A stretch of DNA of 64,000 bases from Candidatus Obscuribacteraceae bacterium. Lineage in GTDB: Bacteria > Cyanobacteriota > Vampirovibrionia > Obscuribacterales > Obscuribacteraceae. The DNA is taken from positions 288,001 to 352,000 of the forward strand of contig JBGASG010000005.1 in NCBI GenBank assembly GCA_044229845.1, read 5' to 3'. Shown piece by piece: positions 1-9,631 of this stretch (its first letter is position 1; each line of letters starts with the position of its first letter). Under the pieces are notes generated by a model, which saw only the letters and a program-made list of their open reading frames with translations, did no database searches and had not been told where the DNA came from. A program made the translations under genes and the position numbers.

Positions 1-1
1 T

Positions 2-346
2 CAGTACGAAATCTACTACTTCCCAGTACGTCTGATTTCGATGGCTACCGGCATCCTCTGGGATGTACCAACGGCAGCCTTCCAAGATGGCATCAAAGGC
101 GCCATCGGTGGAACCAAAGTCGTTGCCCGCAAACTGGGCAAAGAAGATGGTTTCTATGAATTGTCGGCCGGCGGCTTGGTTGGGGGACCAGTTGGTCTCG
201 CCAGCGGCGCTGCTTACGGATTGCTTCACGGCTTCGGCTATGGCACCTGGCACGGCTTCATGGGCTACCAGAGCCCCCACAATGGCAGCCACGTCAGCCT
301 GTTCCAGGGCAGACAATATGTCGTTCCTTACGATGACGACTATTAA
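2..346 (+). CDS. Hypothetical Gly-rich protein, probably 5'-truncated by the window edge
   Basis: Frame is open from position 2 (QYEIYYFPVRLISM...) through the 41..346 ORF and is followed by a hairpin. Confidence 0.6.
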   Translation, partial: QYEIYYFPVRLISMATGILWDVPTAAFQDGIKGAIGGTKVVARKLGKEDGFYELSAGGLVGGPVGLASGAAYGLLHGFGYGTWHGFMGYQSPHNGSHVSLFQGRQYVVPYDDDY

Positions 347-375
347 ACCCGGACCCTGATGAGTGCAAATCTCAA

Positions 376-403
376 GCAAGCCCCGGCTCCGGCTGGGGCT
401 TGC
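376..403 (+). terminator. GC-rich hairpin, probable terminator
   Basis: GCAAGCCCCGGC-TCCG-GCTGGGGCTTGC, 30 nt after the stop codon. Confidence 0.55.
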
Positions 404-668
404 GCTTTGCAGGGGTGTACGAGAACATGGAGGTGTCCTCTTTTTCCCTTAGGGCGCAACAACACTTGTGTTGTTTTTGTTTTGTCGACTGTATCCGTTG
501 TTGACTGGTCGTCAGATGCAATGGTCATACAGTTAACCAATCGACTCGTCGACTGGTACACCAGTCGTATTGTTAACAGGTGAAATCATCAAGTGGAAAC
601 GCTGTTTTCGTCAATCGCCCCTGAATCTGAGTCTCCATGCTGATTTTGCATAGAGGGCCGCAATGGCA

Positions 669-688
669 TGCCATCATATATGGTGGCA
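669..688. promoter_or_regulatory. Palindromic operator-like box TGCCATCATATATGGTGGCA
   Basis: Near-perfect 20-bp palindrome; same motif as the boxes at the ncRNA-array promoters (40-42 kb). Confidence 0.55.
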
Positions 689-791
689 CGGCGTGGATTT
701 CCGACGGCAGACAAAATACGGGCGATTCCGTAAACTGATTAGGGGTTTCCCGTGAGAACATTCGGGCCATACTGATGGCAGTGCTCAGCAC

Positions 792-2417
792 ATGAATGCG
801 GTTGCCCCTCACCTATTGGAGCCGGAGAAACTCTCCATGTTACGCGAAGATTGGCTTCCCGCCACGTTCTCCAAGGTTATCCACAAGCGCAGGGAATACC
901 TGCGAATCTCGCAGGAAGAGCTGTCACAGCGCAGCGGACTGCATCGCACCTATATCAGCGACGTCGAGCGCGGCGCGCGCAATGTTTCTCTCAAAAACAT
1001 GAGCAAGCTGGCTGCGGCGCTCGAAATCTCGCCCTCAGCCTTGATGCGCTGGACAGAAATGCGAAATGCGAACGCGCTCGGCGGGTTGATTCTCGAACCG
1101 GAATTCCTCGCCTACCTCGATGGTATGGGCGCAGGCTACGTGCTGCTCGAACAGGGCGGTGCCGTCATCAATGCCAACGGAGTCTTTGCCGAGTGGCTTG
1201 CACGCTCAATCGAGACGCTTGTCGGTACTAGATTTGTTGAAACGGTCGCCGACGATGACCGCGCCAAAGTGCAAGCGGCCCTGGAAGCCGTCCGGGTCGG
1301 CACCTTCAAAGACGCACTGAAAGTGCGTCTGAAATTAGTGTCGGGCGAGTTGCTCCCTGTTCTCCTGCAACTCGACCCAATCAAGGATGAATCTGACGAG
1401 TACTCGATGACCCGCATCAATGTGTCTCAAAGTTCGACCGCAGCCGGCGCATCCTCGTCAGCAAGCGCCGAGTTACTGCCATTGTCCCGGATCGATGCTG
1501 CAAGTCTGGCGCCGCATGCGTTGCACAAGGCCATTAGCGGCGGCATTCCGATGGCGGCGATGGCAATCAAGGGCGATGTAATTTCGTTTTGGAATGAAGC
1601 AGCCCACGACCTCTTTGGATACTCCGTCAGCGAGGCGCTGGGCGCACCGGTGACTTTGATTGTTCCGGAGGCGAGGCTGCCTGAGCTCAATGATGTTTCT
1701 GCGCGTGCCCGCCAGGGATTTGCGCGACAGCAGCTGGATGTGCGCTACAAGTCGAAATCCAACTCACCGCTCAACCTCTCCATGACGTGCGTGCCGGTGC
1801 CTGATCTCGCTGATGAGCCGCAATTGCTTTGTTTCTTCAGCTGTGCGTCGCAGAGATCCAGTGGCACTGATTTCTTGTCGCTGCAACTAGCGGTGGTATC
1901 AGCTCTGGAAGAGTCAGAGTCGTTCACCGAAGCGGTGCCCGGCTTGCTTGCTGCTTTCGCGGGAGACCGCTTCCACTTTGCGATGCTCTGGTGGGTCGAT
2001 CCGGACAGCGGTCATTTGCGCCCCTTCGGGCACACCACCATCGATTTGCCACCAGATGCAGTGCAATCTTTGACCGAAGGCATTCGGTTTCTGAGCAACG
2101 GACTGCCCCGCATCGTCTGGGAAACGCGGCAACCCTTCTGGATTCCGGACGTCAGCCGAGAGCCTCGGTCGCGCCCGCAAGTCAGTGCCAATCAACTGGG
2201 ACTGGTGTCGGGCGTCTGGTTCCCGATCACCGTCGGACGAGAGGTCATCGGTGTTTTCGAGCTTTTGTCGAAGGACTCGCTGCCCCAGGACGATCAGACA
2301 ATTGAAGTCTTCAGTTCGCTGGGTTCCCGCATCGGGCGCAGCATCCTGCGAAGCGGCGAACGCCCGCGTATAAGTGAAACCGGCACCACCAGCCAATCAA
2401 AGCAAGTTGTAACCTGA
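792..2417 (+). CDS. XRE-family HTH regulator with PAS-PAS-GAF sensory domains
   Basis: N-terminal SQEELSQRSGLHRTYISDVERGARNVSL (HTH_3), two PAS-like repeats (ANGVFAEWL; WNEAAHDLFGYS), C-terminal GAF (GLPRIVWETRQPFWIPDV...FPITVGREVIGVFEL). Confidence 0.85.
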   Translation: MNAVAPHLLEPEKLSMLREDWLPATFSKVIHKRREYLRISQEELSQRSGLHRTYISDVERGARNVSLKNMSKLAAALEISPSALMRWTEMRNANALGGLILEPEFLAYLDGMGAGYVLLEQGGAVINANGVFAEWLARSIETLVGTRFVETVADDDRAKVQAALEAVRVGTFKDALKVRLKLVSGELLPVLLQLDPIKDESDEYSMTRINVSQSSTAAGASSSASAELLPLSRIDAASLAPHALHKAISGGIPMAAMAIKGDVISFWNEAAHDLFGYSVSEALGAPVTLIVPEARLPELNDVSARARQGFARQQLDVRYKSKSNSPLNLSMTCVPVPDLADEPQLLCFFSCASQRSSGTDFLSLQLAVVSALEESESFTEAVPGLLAAFAGDRFHFAMLWWVDPDSGHLRPFGHTTIDLPPDAVQSLTEGIRFLSNGLPRIVWETRQPFWIPDVSREPRSRPQVSANQLGLVSGVWFPITVGREVIGVFELLSKDSLPQDDQTIEVFSSLGSRIGRSILRSGERPRISETGTTSQSKQVVT

Positions 2418-2633
2418 AAGATGCTGGCGCAGCCGTGTCGCCTGATGGCGATGTCAACTGTTGTTTGTCGTATCGTAGTCCGTTTCACTAGTCGACAATA
2501 CGAATGTTGGTCAAAATCTGCCGCATCCTCGTGGAACAGAACCGGAGCGAACCGTCAGCAGCCCTTGGCGAATCCGCCGGCGAGTGCTATATTGTGTTCA
2601 GTGCAATTTGTAATCGCGTGAGTACAAAGTGTA

Positions 2634-3227
2634 GTGGGCGAGAAAACATCAAATATCAGCATACGCATCCCCGATGAGTACCGAAAGCGGCTCCAGCTGC
2701 AGGCGGACAAGAAGTCGATTAGCTTCAACGCCCACGTGCAGCGGATTATCGAGATTCATTTGATGAACTCGGGCTTTGGACCCACCTCGGTGACATCAAA
2801 CTCGGGACGGCTTTTCCAGATACGCTGCGAGCCCTATCTCGACAACGTTGACGAAACCACCTGGGCATACTTCATAGATGAGCCCAAGTACGAGAAGGAG
2901 CGCGCCTATTACTTGATCGGTATCGGCAGAACAATTCTGCGCGACTGGCAGGTGAAGGACAAATCCACCGTCTCCAAAGAAGTCGGACTGGCGCTGCTCA
3001 GCTACTACAACAGAAAAGGTTTGGAGGTCGATCGACTCGTCTGGAACCAATATCCCGGACCAGACAACGACGGCCGTCGGGTGCTTCAGGTCGCTGAAGT
3101 GCCCGAGACACTGGAAGAGTTTCTTGATCTATTGATGACCGACAAGTGGACCGACAAATTCGTTTCCCAGGACGAGAAGAGCCAGGATATGCGGAGGGGT
3201 CGACCAGAATCGGCACTGTATCGCTAG
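2634..3227 (+). CDS. Protein with N-terminal ribbon-helix-helix (Arc/MetJ-like) domain
   Basis: SNISIRIPDEYRKRLQLQADKKSISFNAHVQRII is a typical RHH pattern. Confidence 0.65.
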   Translation: MGEKTSNISIRIPDEYRKRLQLQADKKSISFNAHVQRIIEIHLMNSGFGPTSVTSNSGRLFQIRCEPYLDNVDETTWAYFIDEPKYEKERAYYLIGIGRTILRDWQVKDKSTVSKEVGLALLSYYNRKGLEVDRLVWNQYPGPDNDGRRVLQVAEVPETLEEFLDLLMTDKWTDKFVSQDEKSQDMRRGRPESALYR

Positions 3228-3431
3228 TTTCCCCGTAGTGCGTGAGGACGCACTGACCTATCGATGAATTAGAGCCAGGAGCACCACTCCTGGTGCTAGT
3301 GGCACGCGCGCTGAACACGCGTCTGCCTTTAGATAATGGCGCGAGCCTGACTCGCTCGCGCCTCCAGATCGGTGTACGCGTGCCTGGCACTCGTGCCCGC
3401 GGATTGTGGCGAAAACCTGAGGAGGTTCATC

Positions 3432-4295
3432 GTGCTTGCAGAATTTATCGCGTTATTCTTGTTGTTCTACGTATGGCATGGACTGGGTGTCACCGTCGGA
3501 TACCATCGCCTGATTTCACACCGCTCCTTCTCGTGCCCCAAGTTCGTCGAATACTTCTGGGTGTTGGCGGGATACCTCGCCTTCGAGGGGTCTCCTATCT
3601 GGTGGGCGACAATTCACAGAGCGCACCATCGGCATGCCGACACCAAGCTGGACCCGCACTCACCTCGGTTTGGGCTCTTTCACGCTCACGTCGGCTGGCT
3701 TATGGAAGCCGGTTATCCCGCGCATATCAATCCCGAAACTCAAGCCAAAGATCTGATCAAGGATCCAATCTATAGATTCCTCGAGCAGGGTGGACGGTGG
3801 CAACGAGCGCATCACGTGGCTGCAGTGCTCTGCATCGGATTCCGTTTGGTACTGTGGGCGCTGTGGGGTCCAATCCCGGCGTTGGCAAGTCTTCTAGCCG
3901 GCTTGGCTGTGCAACAGATTCCCTTCATGCTCAACGTCGTTTGCCACCTGCCCAAGTGGGGCTACAAAACATTTGCCGCTGCCGATGACAGCGTCAATAT
4001 CTGGTGGGTGGCGATCCTTGCAATGGGTGAAGGTTGGCACAACAACCACCATGCCAGCCCTGGTTCCGCTAAAACAGGTTTGATGCCGTGGGAATTCGAT
4101 CTCTCCTGGCTGACCATTTGCATGATGAAGCGTCTCAATCTTGTCGGTCGAGTCAATGTCGTCAGTCAAGAGGAGCTGACAATCAAGATGCTCGCCAAAG
4201 CCGCTAAGCAGCGTGCTAAGAATGCTCCCAAACTGCGGACGGCTCGCATCATCCGCGGTGCCCGGCATCTCACCAGTAAGCGAGTTGCATCCTAG
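3432..4295 (+). CDS. desC: Delta-9 acyl-lipid/acyl-CoA fatty acid desaturase
   Basis: His boxes HRLISH, HRAHH, HNNHH; GGAGG RBS before GTG at 3432. Confidence 0.9.
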   Translation: MLAEFIALFLLFYVWHGLGVTVGYHRLISHRSFSCPKFVEYFWVLAGYLAFEGSPIWWATIHRAHHRHADTKLDPHSPRFGLFHAHVGWLMEAGYPAHINPETQAKDLIKDPIYRFLEQGGRWQRAHHVAAVLCIGFRLVLWALWGPIPALASLLAGLAVQQIPFMLNVVCHLPKWGYKTFAAADDSVNIWWVAILAMGEGWHNNHHASPGSAKTGLMPWEFDLSWLTICMMKRLNLVGRVNVVSQEELTIKMLAKAAKQRAKNAPKLRTARIIRGARHLTSKRVAS

Positions 4296-4505
4296 CTTCA
4301 GCGACTCTTAACGACTTTTCAGCCACATCCCTGGACACGATGCTGAGGATGTGGCTGCGTCATACGGAAGAAACTCGATTAGCGTCTTTTTTGCGGTCTG
4401 AAACGCACTGCAGCGCCGCACGCGCTGATAATGTATATTATGTTTCACCGCCGGCGGTGCCGGCGAAATCGCTGGACCTTCGTATTTGCGTTTTAAGGCA
4501 CCTGA

Positions 4506-4967
4506 ATGCGAGCGATCCTCATCATCATACTAGCTGCCTCTCTCTGGGACCCTTCTATGCCCGCAGAGGCGGGTGGGGGTAGTGGGCTGGTCGCCCGGGT
4601 CAATCAATTAATAGACAAGCGCCAGAACGCCGAAGCCAAGAAGTTGGTCGATCAGGCGCTGCGAAAAAATCGTGGCGATGCTCGGGCTCATTTCGCAAAA
4701 GCGAAAATCTATGTATCCGAGGCCAAGATCGATGAAGGTGTCAGCGAACTTCATCAAGCGATTAAATATGACCCGCGCGACGCGGAGGCTTACTACTTGC
4801 TCGGTATTCTTGAGTTCACGCGCGGTCATCAACAAGAGGCAGCTGATGCCTGGCGCGAAGCCATGAAGTACAAACCGTCGCTTCGCCATGCAAAAGATTG
4901 CAAGTGCGGAAGCATCGATTCGCTGCTCAAACAATATCCGCCTCGAAAAAAACGCAAGACCAGTTAG
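4506..4967 (+). CDS. Secreted TPR-repeat protein
   Basis: Signal-like N-terminus; TPR pattern AEAYYLLG...A...WREA. Confidence 0.8.
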   Translation: MRAILIIILAASLWDPSMPAEAGGGSGLVARVNQLIDKRQNAEAKKLVDQALRKNRGDARAHFAKAKIYVSEAKIDEGVSELHQAIKYDPRDAEAYYLLGILEFTRGHQQEAADAWREAMKYKPSLRHAKDCKCGSIDSLLKQYPPRKKRKTS

Positions 4968-5416
4968 CTGTTGTCGGAGCACAAAAGAGTTTCTTGAATG
5001 AAACGTTTTAGAGCTACCTTGGAAAAGGGAACCAGCAATAGACTGCCGATAGGATAGATGAGTAATCCAAGGGGCAGATAAAGCCAATCCCAGATTGTGG
5101 TGGGGTGAATGATGAACGCTTCCATCCCCAATCCGATAACAAGGAACGCCAGGGTCACCGCGAGTCCTAGCGGTTGCGCAAAGATTGTCGATCCGTGAAT
5201 CTCGACCGCAACCTTAGTTCCTGCGCCGTCGGATGTTGCTTTCGCCGAGAGCAGTGCGTAAGAGTTTGCATAATCAACGCGACACGAAAAGCCTAGTTTA
5301 TCGCCGGTCGCATCGCATGGACCGATCCGCGGAGCCATCTCCTTGCGGCTTGACTGCAGCTGTTCGATCAACTGATTGGGCGGCAACGGCACTTCAATCT
5401 CAAATGAGTCAGGCAA
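4964..5416 (-). CDS. Hypothetical membrane protein (two TM helices)
   Basis: Two hydrophobic C-terminal segments; convergent 4-bp overlap with the TPR gene. Confidence 0.6.
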   Translation of the reverse strand: MPDSFEIEVPLPPNQLIEQLQSSRKEMAPRIGPCDATGDKLGFSCRVDYANSYALLSAKATSDGAGTKVAVEIHGSTIFAQPLGLAVTLAFLVIGLGMEAFIIHPTTIWDWLYLPLGLLIYPIGSLLLVPFSKVALKRFIQETLLCSDNS

Positions 5417-5622
5417 GACCGGCTCCAGTGGCGAGACAGGAGAAGTATAGTCTGGTTAGACAACAGTCGCTTCCTGGGACAACCCGCTGCCCACCTCTAG
5501 CCCTCTGCCAGCGCGAAAATTACGATTTCATTCGTGATATCCCCATTGAGGACGTCCATCGGAGTCGATAACCTGGGTCTATTCCCTCACCGTGACCCAG
5601 CAAAGCTTTGAGGACCATAGGC

Positions 5623-8568
5623 ATGGCGGACGATCCGAGTACCGCGGTGCGTCAGTCTGACGCGCCCGCGCACGACAATATCTTCACGGAATTTGGGAGC
5701 TCGTTCTGGAGATCCGGCATTCAGAAGCCCCTTGCGGGCACTGGACAGCTGGTCGGACTGAGGACAGAAGAAGTTAAGACCGACGATAACGTCACGGGTG
5801 CTATGAAGGCAGCCAACATTGCGGGCGTTGCGGCGGGGCAATTGTTCGATATGGGACTGCTCGCGATTGGCGGCGGGAAAGTATTTAAGATGCTCGGGCT
5901 GCAATCCAAATTTGAATCGCAGATGGCCAGCACTTTGTTCATCAACGGCTTTACTGGTGCCATGTATGGTGGCGTTCTCACACCGGTAGCCGAAGGCGAC
6001 AGCCAGTGGAGCCGCATCGGACATGCCACCACCGAAGCCGGCACCTTCATGACGCTCGGTGCCGTTTCTCATCGCATGAATCAGGCTTTCGGCAAGGGAT
6101 TGCTCGCCACCCAGGTGGCTGATCTTGAAGCCGGCACTTTCAAGACGACTGCCATGCAATTTGGCGCCGGTGTTGGCGACCGCGCAATAGTGCATGCAGG
6201 AAGCGGCGCCGCGGCCGGCATCATCAACACTCAACTGGATACGATGATGCATGGTCATCTCGTTGCCGAACCGGACCAATACATCAACAACGCAGTCGGT
6301 TGGGCGCTCGGCAACGTCGTCCTGGGCGAAGGCGTGCATCAGGTCAAGGCAGGCACGCTGCTTGGTTTGAGAGAAACGCGCAAATTCCTCGGCACCACCG
6401 CCGAAGCAGAAGCAGCCGGCGACGCCAATGTGGCGCGCGCCAGAAGAGGCGGAGAGCCGCCGGAACTTGATCTGCGCAGCCTCAAAGAAATTGCTGCCAG
6501 TGGTGACGAGGCGCGCGTTAGAAAGCTGGTCGAACTCTATTATCCCGCGTTGCAAAAGGCGTTCCCGCTGCCGGGTGAAATCGAAAGCGTCGAAACGTAC
6601 GTCAAATATTTGATGGACCCCGAAATGAAGTGGGAAATGGAGCAGTTGCTCGGTCCCATTCAGGGCGGGCTGCAGTATCAAATTTTGCCCATCGAAGGCG
6701 GCACCAACATCAAGAACGCCGGCTGGCTCGAGCACATCTGGGTTGCCGATCACGTCCGCGAAGGCGGCTATGGTTCAGGCTTGCTCAAACACGTTCAGGG
6801 GCAGGTTGCCAAAAAGGGCGGCGATGTCACTTTCTGGGAATGGAACAACCCCGACAAGATGTCCGCGGCCGAACTGTTGGAAGACGCCAAAGGCGGTATC
6901 ACCACTCAAGACCGCGTCGGCTACTGGGCCAATCGTGGTGCTTATGTCGCCGTCGTCAAATCAACCGGCGAAATCGCACCATACTCGCAGCCCGGCATGG
7001 ATGGTCAGGAAGCGGTGCCGTATCTGTCGCTGGCATGGAGCAAGCCAGGCGGGCTCGATGGACAGACCATCCTGAAGAGCGACTATTTGAAGGTGCTGAC
7101 GTCCGCGCACAACACCATTACCGAAACGGCAAGCGATGCCACCGTGGCCGAGTACAAAGCCGCATTGGATGCGCTTCCGGACACCGAATTCCAGTTCATG
7201 AAACTGGCGGATTACGTCAAGCAGCGCACACAACTCCTCGAACAAGCGCGCCAAAACAATCCTGTGGAAGCCGATCAGCGCATCGCGCGCTGGCAAGGTG
7301 ATGACTTTACGCCGATTCAAGCACCGCGTCGCATGTTCGATATCGGTGATGCACCGGTTAACGATGAAGTGGCGAAAGCCGCTCAGTATCAGGCTCAGTC
7401 GACGTCTCCGTGGATGCGCACCGTCGATGCCAGCAAGCGTTTTCCGACGCTCACGGGTGAAGCCAACGCAGATACGGTAGTGGTCGGGTCCGGCATTGTC
7501 GGTCAACAGATCGCCGATACATTGGCCGGCATGGGACAGCGTGTGATCGTCCTGGAACGAGGCAGACTCGGCTCCGGCACATCCAGCATGATGGGAGCCA
7601 TGAATACCTTTGTTCCGGACACCGGCTTCGAAGCCATGGCCGAAGCTTACGGACCGCAGTTTGCCGAAATCATGCAGAGATCGATGGCGGCGCGCACTGC
7701 GACGGCTCGTCTCGGCATGCGCTACGGCGACTTCCAACCTGTAGATTCGTACAATATCGGCTACTCGCCAAATCACGAAGGCATCGCTGCCGAAGTGCGT
7801 CTGGCTTCCAAGTTCGACCCGTCTGTCCGTTTCTTGACGGGCGGCGATGCTGAAAAAGTATTTCCAACCGCACGCTCCGTCGGAATCTTCCCGGGTGAAG
7901 GCAACCTCAACCCGCGGCGCCTGCTGCTGGGATTGGCTAATTCCGGTCGCTTCACCGTTTTCGAAGATTCGCCCGTGGTTGGTGTCAGCCAGGCCAAGAC
8001 TGGTGATGGTGCCGATGTATTCACGCCTGCTGGCGTCGTCCACGCCAACAAAGTGATCTTTGCGACCAACGGTACGGTGACACCGTTCTCGTACCTCAAC
8101 CAGCACCTGACGCCTGTCCAGACATTCGCCAACGTCGGCGACATCAAAATGAAACTGCCCGGCAATTTCTTCGATGCGCCTGACGCAGCCGTCAGCGGCG
8201 AGCAGATACCGTTCTCCTACTGGCGCCAGTTCGGTCTGCCGCAGTTCGGTCCGACAGAAACGCTGATCGGCGGCACCGCCAAGTTCCTGGATACCGGCAA
8301 AGCTATGCCGTTTGAGCCGCAATTGAACGAAGTGACGCAGCGGTTGTTCGGCGTCAACGGACGCAATCAAGGCACCGCGCTGATCTTCACGTCCTATCGT
8401 GACGGTGTGCCGATTTATGCCATTCATCCTGAGTTTCCAGCCATGTCGATAGCCACCGGCGCTGGTGGCACAGGACTGGTGGGCGGTGGACTGCTGGCGC
8501 AGGCAGCGGCTATGGAAGCCAAAGGCAAAGTAGATCAGTTGCTGTCGCCCTATCGGTTCAACAACTAG
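5623..8568 (+). CDS. Multidomain protein: Gly/Ala-rich hydrophobic N-region + GNAT acetyltransferase + FAD-dependent oxidoreductase (DAO family)
   Basis: GNAT motif A (HIWVADHVREGGYGSGLL); Rossmann VVVGSGIVG...LERGRLGSGTS and FATNG; AGGA RBS before ATG 5623. Confidence 0.8.
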   Translation: MADDPSTAVRQSDAPAHDNIFTEFGSSFWRSGIQKPLAGTGQLVGLRTEEVKTDDNVTGAMKAANIAGVAAGQLFDMGLLAIGGGKVFKMLGLQSKFESQMASTLFINGFTGAMYGGVLTPVAEGDSQWSRIGHATTEAGTFMTLGAVSHRMNQAFGKGLLATQVADLEAGTFKTTAMQFGAGVGDRAIVHAGSGAAAGIINTQLDTMMHGHLVAEPDQYINNAVGWALGNVVLGEGVHQVKAGTLLGLRETRKFLGTTAEAEAAGDANVARARRGGEPPELDLRSLKEIAASGDEARVRKLVELYYPALQKAFPLPGEIESVETYVKYLMDPEMKWEMEQLLGPIQGGLQYQILPIEGGTNIKNAGWLEHIWVADHVREGGYGSGLLKHVQGQVAKKGGDVTFWEWNNPDKMSAAELLEDAKGGITTQDRVGYWANRGAYVAVVKSTGEIAPYSQPGMDGQEAVPYLSLAWSKPGGLDGQTILKSDYLKVLTSAHNTITETASDATVAEYKAALDALPDTEFQFMKLADYVKQRTQLLEQARQNNPVEADQRIARWQGDDFTPIQAPRRMFDIGDAPVNDEVAKAAQYQAQSTSPWMRTVDASKRFPTLTGEANADTVVVGSGIVGQQIADTLAGMGQRVIVLERGRLGSGTSSMMGAMNTFVPDTGFEAMAEAYGPQFAEIMQRSMAARTATARLGMRYGDFQPVDSYNIGYSPNHEGIAAEVRLASKFDPSVRFLTGGDAEKVFPTARSVGIFPGEGNLNPRRLLLGLANSGRFTVFEDSPVVGVSQAKTGDGADVFTPAGVVHANKVIFATNGTVTPFSYLNQHLTPVQTFANVGDIKMKLPGNFFDAPDAAVSGEQIPFSYWRQFGLPQFGPTETLIGGTAKFLDTGKAMPFEPQLNEVTQRLFGVNGRNQGTALIFTSYRDGVPIYAIHPEFPAMSIATGAGGTGLVGGGLLAQAAAMEAKGKVDQLLSPYRFNN

Positions 8569-8596
8569 GTGCGCGGTAAGCGCCAGTTAAATCGAA

Positions 8597-9232
8597 TCAG
8601 TTAATCGCCTGGTGCTGCTGCTTCTGCTGCCCGACGAGGATATCTAGAATCGCCGGTTCAATCCAGCCGCGGCGAATCAATAGCTCGCCGAGACTGTTCA
8701 TAGAAGTGCGTTGATCGAAGAGCACGATTTTGATCATGTCTGGATTGACGATTTCCATAACCATGGCGCGCCGTGTCGTATCGTCGACTGGCCGCGGCTC
8801 TCCGGCGAGGAAGATGTGCTGCCCCATCAACAGTCCGTCAAGCTCACTTTGCGACAGAAGCCGCTTCTCTTGCAGTATCTGTCCCAGCGGCAGGTCGATA
8901 TCTTGCTGCTCGTTGATGGCGGCTTCCAACTCATCCAGAGTGATAATGCCGGCGGCAACACAGATGTGGCCAAGCTTTGGATTGTAATTCTCTTGCTTGA
9001 CACTGCGTTCGTTTTCAACTTCTTGCTTGTGCTTTTCGCGGCTCGGGAGCTGATTTAGCACGTCATACGCGGCTTTGATTTTTATGCGCGCTTTGGCTGC
9101 TTGCCAGGCTGCAGGGCTTCCGGGCGTGAAGTTCGACTCATCAAAAGCTTTGCTCAAATACCGGTACGCCTCTTCCACAGCCAGATCGGAAGCGGTTTCC
9201 GGAATTCCCAGGACGACAAAATGGTTGGGCAA
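8597..9232 (-). CDS. J-domain-like protein with MshEN (GSPII_E N-terminal-like) repeats
   Basis: NHFVVLGIPETAS...AYRYLSK...IKAAYDVL (J fold, no HPD); KLGHICVAAGII..LEAAINEQ, LGQILQEK, LGELLIRRGWI. Confidence 0.75.
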   Translation of the reverse strand: MPNHFVVLGIPETASDLAVEEAYRYLSKAFDESNFTPGSPAAWQAAKARIKIKAAYDVLNQLPSREKHKQEVENERSVKQENYNPKLGHICVAAGIITLDELEAAINEQQDIDLPLGQILQEKRLLSQSELDGLLMGQHIFLAGEPRPVDDTTRRAMVMEIVNPDMIKIVLFDQRTSMNSLGELLIRRGWIEPAILDILVGQQKQQHQAIN

Positions 9233-9631
9233 GGCTCTTTACCACTGGAACATACGTGTCTTTTAACTATACCCGGAAGGGACCTAAATGCCATCCTCTC
9301 TTGCGTTTACAAGGACTGAACAGACTTTAGGCGACATGATTTTACCGATAGTCGTATTGTCGACGAGACGACCAGTCTACTGATACTTAATACAAATGTT
9401 GTATCAGTCGACGACTTGACAGTTCTACTAGTCGACCTGAGTTACCGTTGACCTGTCCAAAAGACACCAATTCGACAGTTGGACAGGCGGACCCATCAAT
9501 GCCAGGGCAGGCGCAGCAAGCATAGTATTAGCGCTGCGCCCTTTCGGCGATTTGCAGCTTCCTGTATCGTTTAAATTCCTGCCACTAAACGGTTGCCGAC
9601 TAAATTCTCGGCGCCTCGCACTCTCGTAGCC

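Noticed and set aside
3240..3431. RNA thermometer in the desaturase leader
   Set aside because: Hairpins exist but none clearly sequesters the GGAGG RBS; not supportable by eye.
5587..8427. Long antisense ORFs (5587..6753, 6961..8427; similarly 26277..27236, 55442..56320, 62718..63557)
   Set aside because: Shadow frames of well-supported genes in GC-rich DNA, with no motifs of their own.
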